Assembly (NCBI GenBank): GCA_913047365.1
Contig: CAJWUK010000002.1
Span: 1-62,011 of the forward strand
Direction: 5' to 3'
Length of the DNA: 62,011 bases
Source: an uncultured Alphaproteobacteria bacterium
GTDB lineage: Bacteria > Pseudomonadota > Alphaproteobacteria > MPNO01 > UBA830
The notes below the pieces were generated by a model. It made no database searches, was not told the DNA's origin, and worked only from the letters and a program-made list of their open reading frames with translations. Each line of letters starts with the position of its first letter. The first letter of the stretch is position 1. The translations under genes were made by a program, and so were the position numbers. This document shows positions 18,385 to 28,014 of this stretch, piece by piece.

Positions 18385-19542
18385 TCAGCCGTACTGGTTC
18401 AGGACGTGCCGCTGCAGTGCGTGTTTCAGAATTTCTTCGGGACCTTCCGTAATCATGAAGGACCGGGAATCCCGCCACAGCTTTTCGATGGGGAAATCTG
18501 TGGTAAGGCCCATGCCGCCGTAAATCTGCATGCACCGGTCTGCTGCCTCGAACGCCTTTCGGTCGCCAAGATATTTGCACATGTATGATTCCCAGCGGAT
18601 ATCCCCACCGTCGTCGTATTTACTCGCGGCTGAATAGATCATAAGGCGCATCATGTGCAGATCGGCATAGGTATCGGTTAGCATCCACTGGATCGCCTGG
18701 CGATCGGCTAGCGGCTTGCCGAAGGTGACGCGGTCCTTAGCGTAGGAGGCACCCAGTTCGAGGCACCTTTCCATGGTGCCGATGCCGATGGCACCGTGGC
18801 GGATACGTCCCATGGTGATCCATGTCTGGGCCATGCGGAAACCGTCACCCTCGTTGCCGACCAGGTTACTCTGCGGCACGCGAACATCGTCGAAAGCCAT
18901 TTCGCAGGGCTGGTCGTCCATCATGGTCTGTTGCTTGCGCAGTATCTGCACGCCGGGCGTGTCGGCATCGACGATGATGCATGAAATGCCGCCTCTGGTG
19001 CCTTTCTCGGGATCAGTGACGCAGATGACCTGAAAGAAATCGGCAGTATCGGCACCGGTGATAAACCTCTTGGAGCCATTGATGACGTAATCGTCACCAT
19101 CTTTCACGGCGTTGGTTTTCATGCCTGCAGGATCGCCGCCGGCATCCGGCTCAGTCTGTGCGAAGCCGGGTTTCAGTTTTCCTTCAATGCAGGGCTTCAG
19201 ATAGCGTTCTGTTTGTTCCTCGTTCGCGAAACCGGCGAGTAGGGGACTGACATCCGGGCCGAAGATCCATCTCTTGCGCCGGGGGAAGGCTATGGTGCGC
19301 CCGGTTTCTTCCCAGATGATCGCGCGGGCCAGTAGTCCCATGCCAAGCCCGCCGAGGCTTTCTGGTACGTCGACGCCCCAGATGCCCAGTTCCTTCGCTC
19401 GCGCCTCCAACTTTTCGCGGACGTCCGGTACCATTTCCGGGCCGTCGTAGGCCTCCCGTTCTATGGGAATGACCTCGTTGTCGATGAAACGCCGCAGCGT
19501 CTCCCTCAGCATCCGCAGTTCTTCGGGAAGTTGGTAATCCAT
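18385..19542 (-). CDS. acyl-CoA dehydrogenase
   Basis: 385 aa from MDYQLPEEL with GGAG 8 nt upstream. ACAD blocks (EPDAGGDPAGM, INGSKRFIT, QIYGGMG) are present. The remaining 318 codons of the 703-aa track ORF are antisense to the GST gene. Confidence 0.92.
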   Translation of the reverse strand: MDYQLPEELRMLRETLRRFIDNEVIPIEREAYDGPEMVPDVREKLEARAKELGIWGVDVPESLGGLGMGLLARAIIWEETGRTIAFPRRKRWIFGPDVSPLLAGFANEEQTERYLKPCIEGKLKPGFAQTEPDAGGDPAGMKTNAVKDGDDYVINGSKRFITGADTADFFQVICVTDPEKGTRGGISCIIVDADTPGVQILRKQQTMMDDQPCEMAFDDVRVPQSNLVGNEGDGFRMAQTWITMGRIRHGAIGIGTMERCLELGASYAKDRVTFGKPLADRQAIQWMLTDTYADLHMMRLMIYSAASKYDDGGDIRWESYMCKYLGDRKAFEAADRCMQIYGGMGLTTDFPIEKLWRDSRSFMITEGPEEILKHALQRHVLNQYG

Positions 19543-19677
19543 GGTTCGCTCCGTGGGTCTCTTATGTCTTGGCGATGATGGCGCAAGCGCTGCGGACTGT
19601 CTATCTGCCCCGCCTTTGACCCTGCGTCCAGTAGCCCTATTATCGCCCCGACGAATTTCTATTTGAGGAACCGCATC

Positions 19678-20652
19678 ATGGGCATGGTCATCGACGGCCG
19701 ATGGATCGACGACGACGAAAAATATCGAAACCCTCAGGGTGGTGCTTTCGTGCGCGCCGAATCCGTTTGGCGGGATTCGATCTCCGCCGACGGATCGTCG
19801 GGGTTCAAGGCGGAACCGGGGCGCTATCACCTGTTCCTTGCACCATCCTGCCCGTGGGCGCATCGGACCCAGATCATCCGCCGCTTGAAGGGTCTCGAAG
19901 ACGTGATCTCGGCCACGCTGTCGGACCGGCCGCGAGTGCGCAGCTGGGCCTATACCCAGGGCATTGACGATATCCAGCCGGGCGACAGCGGTGTTCTGGA
20001 ATTGCACGAGGTCTATATCAAGGCCGATCCCAACTACACCGGCCGCGTGACTGTTCCGACCCTGTGGGACCGGGAAAAGAAGACCATCGTGAACAACGAA
20101 TCCTCCGAAATTATCCGGATGCTGAACACCGAATTCGATGAATGGGCGGCCAACGATCTGCCCGATCTGTATCCGGAGCCACATCGTTCGCGCATCGATG
20201 AGCTGAACGACCGCATCTACGAGACTGTGAACAACGGGGTCTACCGCTGCGGTTTCGCAAAAACGCAGGAAGCCTACGAAGAATATATCGGCCCGATGTT
20301 CGAGACATTTGATTATCTCGAAGACCTGCTGTCCAAGCAGCGCTACCTGGCCGCCGAACATCCGACCGAGGCGGACTGGCGCCTTTTCGTCACCCTGATC
20401 CGGTTCGATTTCGTCTATTTCAGCCACTTCAAGTGCAACATCCGCCGTATCCAGGATTACCCCAACCTGTGGAATTACACTCTGGACCTTTACCAAACCC
20501 CGGGCGTGGCCGAAGTGGTCGACATCGCCGGCATCAAAAAAGGCTACTACGGGGGACAGTCAAACGTGAACCCGACCGGCATCGTTCCGACGGGACCGTT
20601 CATCGATCTGACGGTGGCGCACAAACGGGATCAGGTGAAGAATGCGGCTTAG
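19678..20652 (+). CDS. yqjG: glutathionyl-hydroquinone reductase (Xi-class GST, YqjG/ECM4 family)
   Basis: Diagnostic CPWAHRT active site, RYHLF, and RVTVPTLWD blocks. ATG at 19678 has GAGGAA 7 nt upstream. Confidence 0.88.
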   Translation: MGMVIDGRWIDDDEKYRNPQGGAFVRAESVWRDSISADGSSGFKAEPGRYHLFLAPSCPWAHRTQIIRRLKGLEDVISATLSDRPRVRSWAYTQGIDDIQPGDSGVLELHEVYIKADPNYTGRVTVPTLWDREKKTIVNNESSEIIRMLNTEFDEWAANDLPDLYPEPHRSRIDELNDRIYETVNNGVYRCGFAKTQEAYEEYIGPMFETFDYLEDLLSKQRYLAAEHPTEADWRLFVTLIRFDFVYFSHFKCNIRRIQDYPNLWNYTLDLYQTPGVAEVVDIAGIKKGYYGGQSNVNPTGIVPTGPFIDLTVAHKRDQVKNAA

Positions 20653-20763
20653 GGATAAGGTTGCTCGTCCGACAACGGGGGTAGACGACACCCAAGATCA
20701 GCCCGATCCTCGTTGGTGATAACCCGAAGAAAATTTGGCGGATCAACTACCATGGCTAAATTC

Positions 20764-21921
20764 TTATATTTCGTCGGGACCGGGCTCCAAACCCAGGGCC
20801 ACACGGCCATACGTTAGGCCGCACCGATCCCATCCGATTGCAATGTGATTGCTCCCCGCTTTGACGTCTCGATAAAATCTTTGAAAGGCTTCACTAAGAT
20901 AAAGCCCATGCGCGCCAGACGCCTCGAAAAGCCTTTCAACGGCTCTCTTTGATAGGGTGCAGGCGTAAGCGGTATCACGGCGCATTCTGGCGCGCATTTC
21001 TGTCGAAAGCTTACCTACGCTTCTCATGCCTGATGTCGCATCACTGGCAATTCGTAGCAGCAACACCCTGGCAAGATCGATTTCTGCTGAAGCCTCTGCT
21101 ATGCGAAGTTGGATACTTTCTCTCTCGGCGACGGGATTGCCCTGTTGTTTTCTAGCTTTGGTGAATTCGATATATTCTTCCAACGCTCCCTCGGCCGCGC
21201 CGACAACGACCGATGCCAAAACGGACGGCGGCACCGATAGATAGGGCGTAGCATAGATCTTGTCGTCATGAGATGACGTTCCAGGTGCCGTCCCAGCCCG
21301 CTGATCTGTTCTTAAAATGACACGATGGTTCGGAACGAACTCATCCTGCAGCGAGATATGGTTACTGCCTGACCCGGTGATCCCCATGGCATGCCAGGTG
21401 TCTTCGATGGCAAAATTCTCTGCCGGCACAAGGCATAAGTGATGAACCGGCTCTCCTGACTTTGCGTCGGGCATCATGAAACCAACCTCCGCCCAGGTAC
21501 CATCTGCAACACCACTCACAAAGCCCCATCTCCCGCTGACGATGATGCCGTCATCCGTACGCTCGCCTCTACCACTAGGTGCCACCGCAGAGACAATCAG
21601 CTGATCGGGGTTTTCACCCCACACTTCATCCTGCGCCTGTTCCGGAAACATTGTGACGTCCAGGGCGTGTATCGAGTAAACCGCCGCGACCCAGGCTTGA
21701 GATCCATCACCTTGGGCCAATGCCATGATGACGGATAGCACGGTTTCCCAATCTGTTTGATGCCCGCCGTAACGCTTGGGTTGAATGGTTTTTAAGATGC
21801 CCGCTTCAATAAAGTTATCGACGGTTTCTCTTGGGGTTTGCCTAGCGATCTCGGCGTCACGAGCACGCTCCCTCAAGAGCGGTTTGAGCGCAATGGCCTT
21901 CTCCACAAGATCAAGATTCAT
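20764..21921 (-). CDS. ACAD-fold flavin-dependent monooxygenase (HsaA/HpaH-C2/DszC-like oxygenase component)
   Basis: 385 aa. N-terminus (A...R..P.E....IEAG...QP.R.GG) and overall layout match two-component monooxygenases of the acyl-CoA-dehydrogenase fold. No catalytic-base Glu context of true ACADs was recognised. Confidence 0.75.
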   Translation of the reverse strand: MNLDLVEKAIALKPLLRERARDAEIARQTPRETVDNFIEAGILKTIQPKRYGGHQTDWETVLSVIMALAQGDGSQAWVAAVYSIHALDVTMFPEQAQDEVWGENPDQLIVSAVAPSGRGERTDDGIIVSGRWGFVSGVADGTWAEVGFMMPDAKSGEPVHHLCLVPAENFAIEDTWHAMGITGSGSNHISLQDEFVPNHRVILRTDQRAGTAPGTSSHDDKIYATPYLSVPPSVLASVVVGAAEGALEEYIEFTKARKQQGNPVAERESIQLRIAEASAEIDLARVLLLRIASDATSGMRSVGKLSTEMRARMRRDTAYACTLSKRAVERLFEASGAHGLYLSEAFQRFYRDVKAGSNHIAIGWDRCGLTYGRVALGLEPGPDEI

Positions 21922-22265
21922 CCAAAACTACCTTTTCATTCAAAAATTGGGGAACTAACAGTAGCTGCGAACCGTTAGAGTACCGTGGAGTAAGTACAGA
22001 CTGAATGCATCAGTACGGCTTTACAAGTTCAGATGGGGTCCGTTGTTAAAGCGGGGTAGCAGAGCAGTTCACTGTGGCGGTGGAGCTTAGAAACACAGGT
22101 TTATGAGCGTTAAGGGTCATGCCGCAAGATCCTGCACCCTTTATAATAATTCGATTTGTTAAACAAATAATTTGTAGTGCATCCGGGCGGAAGGTTCCGG
22201 TCAAGCGGGCTTCTATTTTTTAATCCCCCTCAGATCTTGGAATAATTTGACGAAGCCTAGGCGTC

Positions 22266-23357
22266 TCATGTCCTGATGGCGGGCCGGTCGATAGCGACGG
22301 CTTTCACCATCGCAAAAACATTAGAGCCCGGTTCGATTTCCAGTTCGTGCAGCGACCTTCGGGTAATCTGCGACCAGATTGTTGCGCCGCCGACATCGAT
22401 GGAGACTTCGGCCTGAGGGCGTTCATCGTCCGAAACGGCAGTGACCCGGCCTTCAAAGACGTTCAGGACGCTGACGTTTTTAGGGCGCGATGTTGCCAGA
22501 CTGACATCCCGAGCACGGACGCGGAGGCGGAGCCGCGTGCCTTTTTCCAGCCCAGTGGCGACCACTCGAAACTCGCCGCCCGCGAACGACAGTCGCGCGA
22601 TGCCGGCATCCACTCCTTCGTCCTTCACCCATACCGGGATGACGGTACCGGGGTCACCGGCGCCTGTTACACGGATGAGATCCGGGCGGTTCATGACGTC
22701 TTCCACCGGTCCGGAAGCCGCAACACCACCATCGACCAACAGCACCATCTTGTCTGCCAGTTGGAGGACTTCTTCGACGGCGTGGCTGACATAGATTGCC
22801 GGAATACCGAATTCTCGCTGGGTGCTCTGGATGAAGGGAATAATCTCCCATTTTCGTTCCGCATCCAGCGCAGCTAATGGCTCATCCATCAGTAACAACC
22901 GGGGCGAAGACAGAAGGGCACGGCCAATGGCTACACGCTGGCGTTCGCCGCCCGACAACTGGTGGGTTTGCCGGTCAAGCAATTGTTCGATGCCGAGCAC
23001 TGCGATGACATCATCGAATTTTGGCGCGTCGTTGCCCTGTTTCTTTCGGCGCCGGGTTCCGTATTCCAGATTGCGCCGCACATTCATGTGCGGAAAAAGC
23101 CGCGCGTCCTGGAAGACATAACCGATCTGCCGATCCTGCGCCGGAACCTGCAGCCGGCTCGCGCTGTCGAAAAGCGTCTTGCCGTTCAGGACGATTTTCC
23201 CGGTGTCGGGGGTCATTAGCCCGGATAGCATCTGGACAATGCTGGTTTTGCCTGCGCCTGACTTGCCGAAGAGGGTGGTAATGCCGTTGCCGGCCTCGAA
23301 CCCTGCATCCACGGTGAAGGCGCCAAGATTTTTTCTGATATCGACTGTTATACTCAT
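22266..23357 (-). CDS. modC: molybdate ABC transporter ATP-binding protein with C-terminal TOBE/Mop domain
   Basis: Walker A GKSGAGKTS, LSGGERQRVAIGRAL, Walker B LLLMDEPL, plus a ~120-aa TOBE tail. Overlaps modB by 4 nt. Confidence 0.92.
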   Translation of the reverse strand: MSITVDIRKNLGAFTVDAGFEAGNGITTLFGKSGAGKTSIVQMLSGLMTPDTGKIVLNGKTLFDSASRLQVPAQDRQIGYVFQDARLFPHMNVRRNLEYGTRRRKKQGNDAPKFDDVIAVLGIEQLLDRQTHQLSGGERQRVAIGRALLSSPRLLLMDEPLAALDAERKWEIIPFIQSTQREFGIPAIYVSHAVEEVLQLADKMVLLVDGGVAASGPVEDVMNRPDLIRVTGAGDPGTVIPVWVKDEGVDAGIARLSFAGGEFRVVATGLEKGTRLRLRVRARDVSLATSRPKNVSVLNVFEGRVTAVSDDERPQAEVSIDVGGATIWSQITRRSLHELEIEPGSNVFAMVKAVAIDRPAIRT

Positions 23358-24049
23358 GGTCCCGCGATCCTGCGGCGAACCCGCCGGGCGATGATTTCAG
23401 CGGCAACCATTGCGGCGAAGGCGACGGTGACAGAGATGATCATGAGCCTCAAGGCACCGCCTTCCTCGCCCGGTATCTGGGCCAGGGAATACAATGCCAG
23501 TGGCAGCGTTGTTGTCTCACCGGGAATAGAGGACACGAAAGTGATAGTTGCGCCGAATTCACCCAGCGCGCGGGCAAAGGCAAGGATCGTTCCGGCTACG
23601 ATCCCGCTGCCACTCAGGGGTAGGGTTATCGAAAAAAAGACGTCGACGGGGCCGGCTCCAAGAGTACGGGCCGTCTGTTCCATCCGCCGGTCAACGCTTT
23701 CGAGAGAAAGACGAATGGCACGGACCATCAACGGAAATGCCATCACGGCGGCCGCGATGGCCGCGCCCTGCCAGGAAAAGCCGACCGTGATACCCAATGT
23801 ATCGTGGAGCCATGAGCCCAGGGCCCCGTTTTTTCCCAGCAGTAACAGCAGCATATAACCAACAACGACGGGCGGTACGACCAACGGCACATGGATGATC
23901 GCATCAATCAACACCTTGCCGGGAAATTCCAAACGGGCAAGACACCAGGCGGTGAGAATGCCGAAGGGCAGGCTGATGCCGACGGCCCAGAAGGATACCT
24001 TTAGGCTGAGCTGAAGCGCTTCCAGTTCTTCGGGGGACAATGAAAACAC
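23354..24049 (-). CDS. modB: molybdate ABC transporter permease
   Basis: 231 aa, 5-6 TM helices, EAA-type loop (ARTLGAGP). Positioned between modA and modC. Confidence 0.92.
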   Translation of the reverse strand: MFSLSPEELEALQLSLKVSFWAVGISLPFGILTAWCLARLEFPGKVLIDAIIHVPLVVPPVVVGYMLLLLLGKNGALGSWLHDTLGITVGFSWQGAAIAAAVMAFPLMVRAIRLSLESVDRRMEQTARTLGAGPVDVFFSITLPLSGSGIVAGTILAFARALGEFGATITFVSSIPGETTTLPLALYSLAQIPGEEGGALRLMIISVTVAFAAMVAAEIIARRVRRRIAGP

Positions 24050-24061
24050 GAGGTTAATCCG

Positions 24062-24817
24062 TCATTGGGTAACGAAGCCAAGGTGGCGATAGATTTCGCG
24101 GGCCTCGGGAGAGGACAGATAATCGAGAAAGTCGGCCGCTAATTCCGCCGCCGGTTTGGTGGCCGCTATTTCATAGGCGATGGGAGCGTGGAGTTGTTGC
24201 GGAAACACTTTGAGAATTTTTAAAACTTTTCGCTGCAACGCATCGGAAAGATAAACGATCCCCAATGTTGCTTCATTGCGCTCAACCAGAGCCAGGACGA
24301 GGCGGACATTCTGGGCCCGTGCTGTTTTTGGTCCAATGGTTGTCCAAAGGCCCAATTTTTGGAGAGACTGCTTTGCGTAGAGGCCCGCTGGTACATGGCG
24401 GGGATCGCCCATCGCCAATCGGTTTCCGCCGGATAGGATGCGTGGCAGGTCTTTCTTTACATCGAAGGGGACCGAAAAGTTCAGATCATTAGACGCGATC
24501 AATGCGAGCCGATTGCGTAACACGGTTTTACGGGTATTCGGTGCGATCAGATCCTTCTCCATTAAAAAATCAATCCAGCGGTTGTCTGCGGAAAGAAAAA
24601 GATCAGCAGGGGCACCGCTTTCGATCTGACGCGCGAGAGCGCCGCTGGATGCAAATACCGTGCGGAGACGGTTCCCCGTTTTTTTTTGCCAGTCCCGCTC
24701 CAGTTGTCCCACAAGCTGAACAGTACTTGCCGCGGAGAACAGTGTCAGTTGATCAGCGGCGTTTGCCGAGAAAGAGATTGTTAGGCTAAGGGTGGCCGCA
24801 AGATAAACGGAGCGCAT
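24062..24817 (-). CDS. modA: molybdate ABC transporter periplasmic binding protein
   Basis: Signal peptide ending SANA/AD. ModA blocks (FASSG.L..QI..GAP.D.F.SA, P..VP.G.YA). 251 aa. Confidence 0.9.
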   Translation of the reverse strand: MRSVYLAATLSLTISFSANAADQLTLFSAASTVQLVGQLERDWQKKTGNRLRTVFASSGALARQIESGAPADLFLSADNRWIDFLMEKDLIAPNTRKTVLRNRLALIASNDLNFSVPFDVKKDLPRILSGGNRLAMGDPRHVPAGLYAKQSLQKLGLWTTIGPKTARAQNVRLVLALVERNEATLGIVYLSDALQRKVLKILKVFPQQLHAPIAYEIAATKPAAELAADFLDYLSSPEAREIYRHLGFVTQ

Positions 24818-24818
24818 T

Positions 24819-24846
24819 TTCGTTATATACCACCGGATATAACGAT
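24819..24846 (-). promoter_or_regulatory. ModE-type molybdate-responsive operator (Mo-box)
   Basis: On the minus strand: ATCGTTATATC-CGGTGG-TATATAACGAA. Inverted CGTTATAT arms match the published proteobacterial consensus ATCGnTATATA-N6-TATATAnCGAT. It ends 3 nt before the modA ATG. Confidence 0.7.
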
Positions 24847-24861
24847 TGGACAGAAGTGGTT

Positions 24862-25953
24862 TTAACTATCAAGTTTTGCCGCCTGTGACATGAGACTGTC
24901 GAGTTTATCCTCAATCACAGACCGTTCGAGATCGTGGGTAATGAACACGATACGGGAACGCCGATCATCATCCGGCCATTCGGGCAGTTCGGCGGGATCG
25001 TGGAACATGTGCTGAACGCCGTGTACGGCAATCGGGTTTTCGCGCCCGGCGATATTCAGAATGCCCTTAATCCTAAGGAGCTTTTCCCCGTGCTGCCCAA
25101 TGAGGATACGAACCCATGCAACAAAAGCTTCCCAGTCGATCGGCTCGTCGCGGGTCATACAGAACGCAGCGATGCTCTCATCGTGGCGGTTTACGTCATT
25201 ATGATGGTGGTGGTCGTGGCCATCGTGATGATGGTCTTGTGCATCCGGCTTGTAAGCTTCTTCCCGTAGCCAGCGCCGGACATTGATGGATTTGGTTTTG
25301 GGGTCGTAAAGGCCGGTATCAAACAGTTTTTTGGGGGCAATGTCTCCCATGACCACCCGTTCCCGGGGCGCGCCGGGGTTAAGCGCGTCCAGACGGTCTT
25401 CCAAAATCTCCAGGTCTTCGTTTTTTGCGAGATCGGACTTTGTGATGACGAGCCGGTCGGCGACCGCGGCTTGTTTAACTGATTCTGAATGACGGTTTAG
25501 TTCGCCTTCAGCATTCACCGCGTCCACCGTCGTGATGATGCCGTCCAGGGCGAAACGGTTGGAGACTACCGGTGCGTTCATCAGAGTATGGATGATCGGC
25601 GCGGGATCGGCGAGGCCGGTGGTTTCGATTAGAACGCGGCGGAAATAAGGAACCTCCTCCTTTATCCGCTTGATATACAGTTCAGACAGAGCATTCACCA
25701 GGTCGCCCTGAATGGTGCAGCACAGACATCCGGCATTCAGCAGAACCGTGTTGTCGTCGATCCGTTCGACCAGCTGATGATCGAGCCCTATCTCCCCGAA
25801 TTCGTTGATCAGGACGGCGGTCTCGACCATGTCGGGATGTTTGACCAGCTTGTTTAGTAGCGTCGTCTTGCCGCTGCCAAGGAACCCCGTAAGCAGGGAT
25901 ACCTGCACGGGTTCGGTATCGATGGCGGGGGTTTCGGTCTCAGCCATTACCAT
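24862..25953 (-). CDS. COG0523 family GTPase metallochaperone with His-rich insert
   Basis: GFLGSGKTTLLN, GCLCCT, TKSD, and the His-rich stretch DAQDHHHDGHDHHHHNDVNRHD before the CobW_C domain. The start overlaps the metC stop by 8-14 nt. Confidence 0.9.
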   Translation of the reverse strand: MVMAETETPAIDTEPVQVSLLTGFLGSGKTTLLNKLVKHPDMVETAVLINEFGEIGLDHQLVERIDDNTVLLNAGCLCCTIQGDLVNALSELYIKRIKEEVPYFRRVLIETTGLADPAPIIHTLMNAPVVSNRFALDGIITTVDAVNAEGELNRHSESVKQAAVADRLVITKSDLAKNEDLEILEDRLDALNPGAPRERVVMGDIAPKKLFDTGLYDPKTKSINVRRWLREEAYKPDAQDHHHDGHDHHHHNDVNRHDESIAAFCMTRDEPIDWEAFVAWVRILIGQHGEKLLRIKGILNIAGRENPIAVHGVQHMFHDPAELPEWPDDDRRSRIVFITHDLERSVIEDKLDSLMSQAAKLDS

Positions 25954-27115
25954 TCAGGCGATTGAAGCCCTGCTGCAAATCCTCGATTAGATCGTCCGGA
26001 TCTTCCAGTCCTGCATGGATGCGGATCAACTGACCATGGTCTTTCCATTCGGTTGCGGTCCGGTTGGCGGCCGGATTGGCTGGCATGATCAGACTTTCGT
26101 ATCCACCCCAGCTCGCGCCCATGGCATACAGTTCCATGCCGTCGAGCATGGCGTCGATACGTTCCTTCTCGAATTCGTCCTTCAGTATGATGGAAAACAG
26201 CCCACTGGCGCCGGTGAAATCACGTTTCCAAATGTCGTGGCCAGGGTGCTCTGGCAGGGCTGGGTGAAGCACGCGGTCGACCTCCGGCCGCTCCTGAAGC
26301 CATTGAGCAAGCTTGATCCCAGTTTCCTGATGGCGGTCGAGCCGGATTTTAAGCGTGCGGAGACCCCGCAGCGCCAGGTAAACATCATCCGGCCCGGAAT
26401 TCGCACCCAGGACTGCAGCAGACGGGCGCACACGATCCCAGTGTTCCTCGTTTGTCGTGATCAGGCCCATCATAACATCAGAATGGCCCACGATATATTT
26501 GGTTGCGGCCATCGCGCAGACATCGACGCCGTGTTCGAACGCCTTGAAATAAATGCCGGCAGACCATGTATCGTCGCAGATAACTACACAGCCCGCCTTG
26601 TGTGCTTCTTCCGCGATCGCCGGAATGTCCTGCATTTCGAAGGTCTGAGAGCCCGGCGCCTCCACATAAACGATTTTGGTGTTGTCCCGGATTAGATCCT
26701 TGATGCCGGCGCCGATGGAAGGGTCAAAATAGGTGGTTTCAACGCCGAACCGCCCGATGACGTTGTCGCAGAAATTTCTCGCCGGGCCGTAGACGCAGTC
26801 GACCATCAGCACGTGGTCACCCTGTTCCAGATAGGCCAGCATAGCCGCGTTGATCGCGGCAAGACCCGACGCCACCGCAACCGACCGATATCCACCGGAA
26901 ACCGCGGCAAACGCTTCTTCCAATGCGTCGTGGGTTGGCGTCCCGTGACGGCCGTAAGTGTAGACGCCTGGCTCCCAACGTTTGCCGCGCCGGGATTCCA
27001 TTTCGGCGACGGTGCCCCAGGCAATGGTGGAGGCGTGATAGACTGGCGGATTGATGATGCCGTGATTGGCGTCGGGGTCGCGTCCCTTATGGACGATTTT
27101 TGTATCTTCTTTCAT
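25940..27115 (-). CDS. metC: cystathionine beta-lyase (Cys/Met-metabolism PLP enzyme)
   Basis: 391 aa from MKEDTKIVHKGRD. PLP-lysine motif ATKYIVGHSDVMMG and C-terminal RIHAGLED. The 421-aa track ORF start has no support. Confidence 0.85.
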   Translation of the reverse strand: MKEDTKIVHKGRDPDANHGIINPPVYHASTIAWGTVAEMESRRGKRWEPGVYTYGRHGTPTHDALEEAFAAVSGGYRSVAVASGLAAINAAMLAYLEQGDHVLMVDCVYGPARNFCDNVIGRFGVETTYFDPSIGAGIKDLIRDNTKIVYVEAPGSQTFEMQDIPAIAEEAHKAGCVVICDDTWSAGIYFKAFEHGVDVCAMAATKYIVGHSDVMMGLITTNEEHWDRVRPSAAVLGANSGPDDVYLALRGLRTLKIRLDRHQETGIKLAQWLQERPEVDRVLHPALPEHPGHDIWKRDFTGASGLFSIILKDEFEKERIDAMLDGMELYAMGASWGGYESLIMPANPAANRTATEWKDHGQLIRIHAGLEDPDDLIEDLQQGFNRLNGNG

Positions 27116-27168
27116 GGCTCGCTTACGCAGGTTTCGGGCGGGAAGGCGGCACCATATACGGGGTGGTG

Positions 27169-28011
27169 CTATGTTTCCACCGGCGTGTCGGCTCGGCTGC
27201 CCCATTCGGTCCAGGACCCGTCATAGATTGCAACGTCGTCCCGTCCAATAAGGTGCAGGCCAAGTGCCAGCACACAGGCGGTGATTCCCGATCCGCATGT
27301 CGTGACAATGGGCTTGGAGGTATCAAGGCCGGCCTCATTTATTCGGGCGGAGAGTTCGACCACGTTTCGCACCGTGCCGCTGTCAGGGTCGATCAGTTCG
27401 TTGAACGGCAGGTTCAGGCTATTAGGAATATGGCCCGACCGGCATTCAGGCCGTGGTTCGGGATCAATGCCGCTAAAACGGCCGGGGGAACGTGCATCCA
27501 GCAACTGTTCGTCGCCGTTGTCGATGTTTGACCGCACTTGATCCAGCGACCGCAACATACCGGCATTAAACCGGGCGCTGAAGGACGTTTCTTGGATGTC
27601 GCTGGACTTATCGGCGTTAACAGGACGGTGTTCAGCTTGCCATTTTACCATCCCTCCGTTCAGCAGGGAGACATTGCCGTGGCCGAAGGCGCGCAGGGTC
27701 CACCATACCCTTGGGGCGGTCATCATCTTTGCGTTGTCGTAGATGATAATGTGGTGATCATTCGAAATTCCGAGCGCGTTCATGTGCCCTTCGAAGGTCG
27801 CTTCGTCGGGCATCATGTGAGGCAAAGACGAGCTGGGGTCAGAAATTGCATCGATATCCCAAAATACGGCGCCGGGGATGTGCGCTTCCTCGAAATCCTG
27901 TATCCCCGTGCGGTCGACATTGGGCAGGTACCACGTCGCGTCGACGATCCGAATGGCGGCGTCATTGAGATTTTGTTCCAGCCAGTCTGTTTCAACGAGG
28001 GCATTCACCAT
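27169..28011 (-). CDS. sseA: 3-mercaptopyruvate/thiosulfate sulfurtransferase (tandem rhodanese)
   Basis: Two rhodanese domains, active-site loop CGSGITACV, HIPGA motif. 280 aa. Confidence 0.9.
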   Translation of the reverse strand: MVNALVETDWLEQNLNDAAIRIVDATWYLPNVDRTGIQDFEEAHIPGAVFWDIDAISDPSSSLPHMMPDEATFEGHMNALGISNDHHIIIYDNAKMMTAPRVWWTLRAFGHGNVSLLNGGMVKWQAEHRPVNADKSSDIQETSFSARFNAGMLRSLDQVRSNIDNGDEQLLDARSPGRFSGIDPEPRPECRSGHIPNSLNLPFNELIDPDSGTVRNVVELSARINEAGLDTSKPIVTTCGSGITACVLALGLHLIGRDDVAIYDGSWTEWGSRADTPVET

Positions 28012-28014
28012 TGC

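Noticed and set aside
19543-20496. Upstream 318 codons of the 703-aa minus-strand ORF (18385-20496)
   Set aside because: This part is exactly antisense to the well-supported YqjG-type GST gene and has no family resemblance. The acyl-CoA dehydrogenase homology begins at MDYQLPEEL (ATG 19542), which has its own GGAG. This looks like a long open antisense frame of the kind common in GC-rich DNA.
25190-25250. Repetitive ATGATGGTGGTGGTCGTGGCCATCGTGATGATGG stretch that looks like a tandem repeat
   Set aside because: It is the reverse complement of the His-rich (CAT/CAC) coding segment of the COG0523 gene, so it is not a non-coding repeat or CRISPR-like element.
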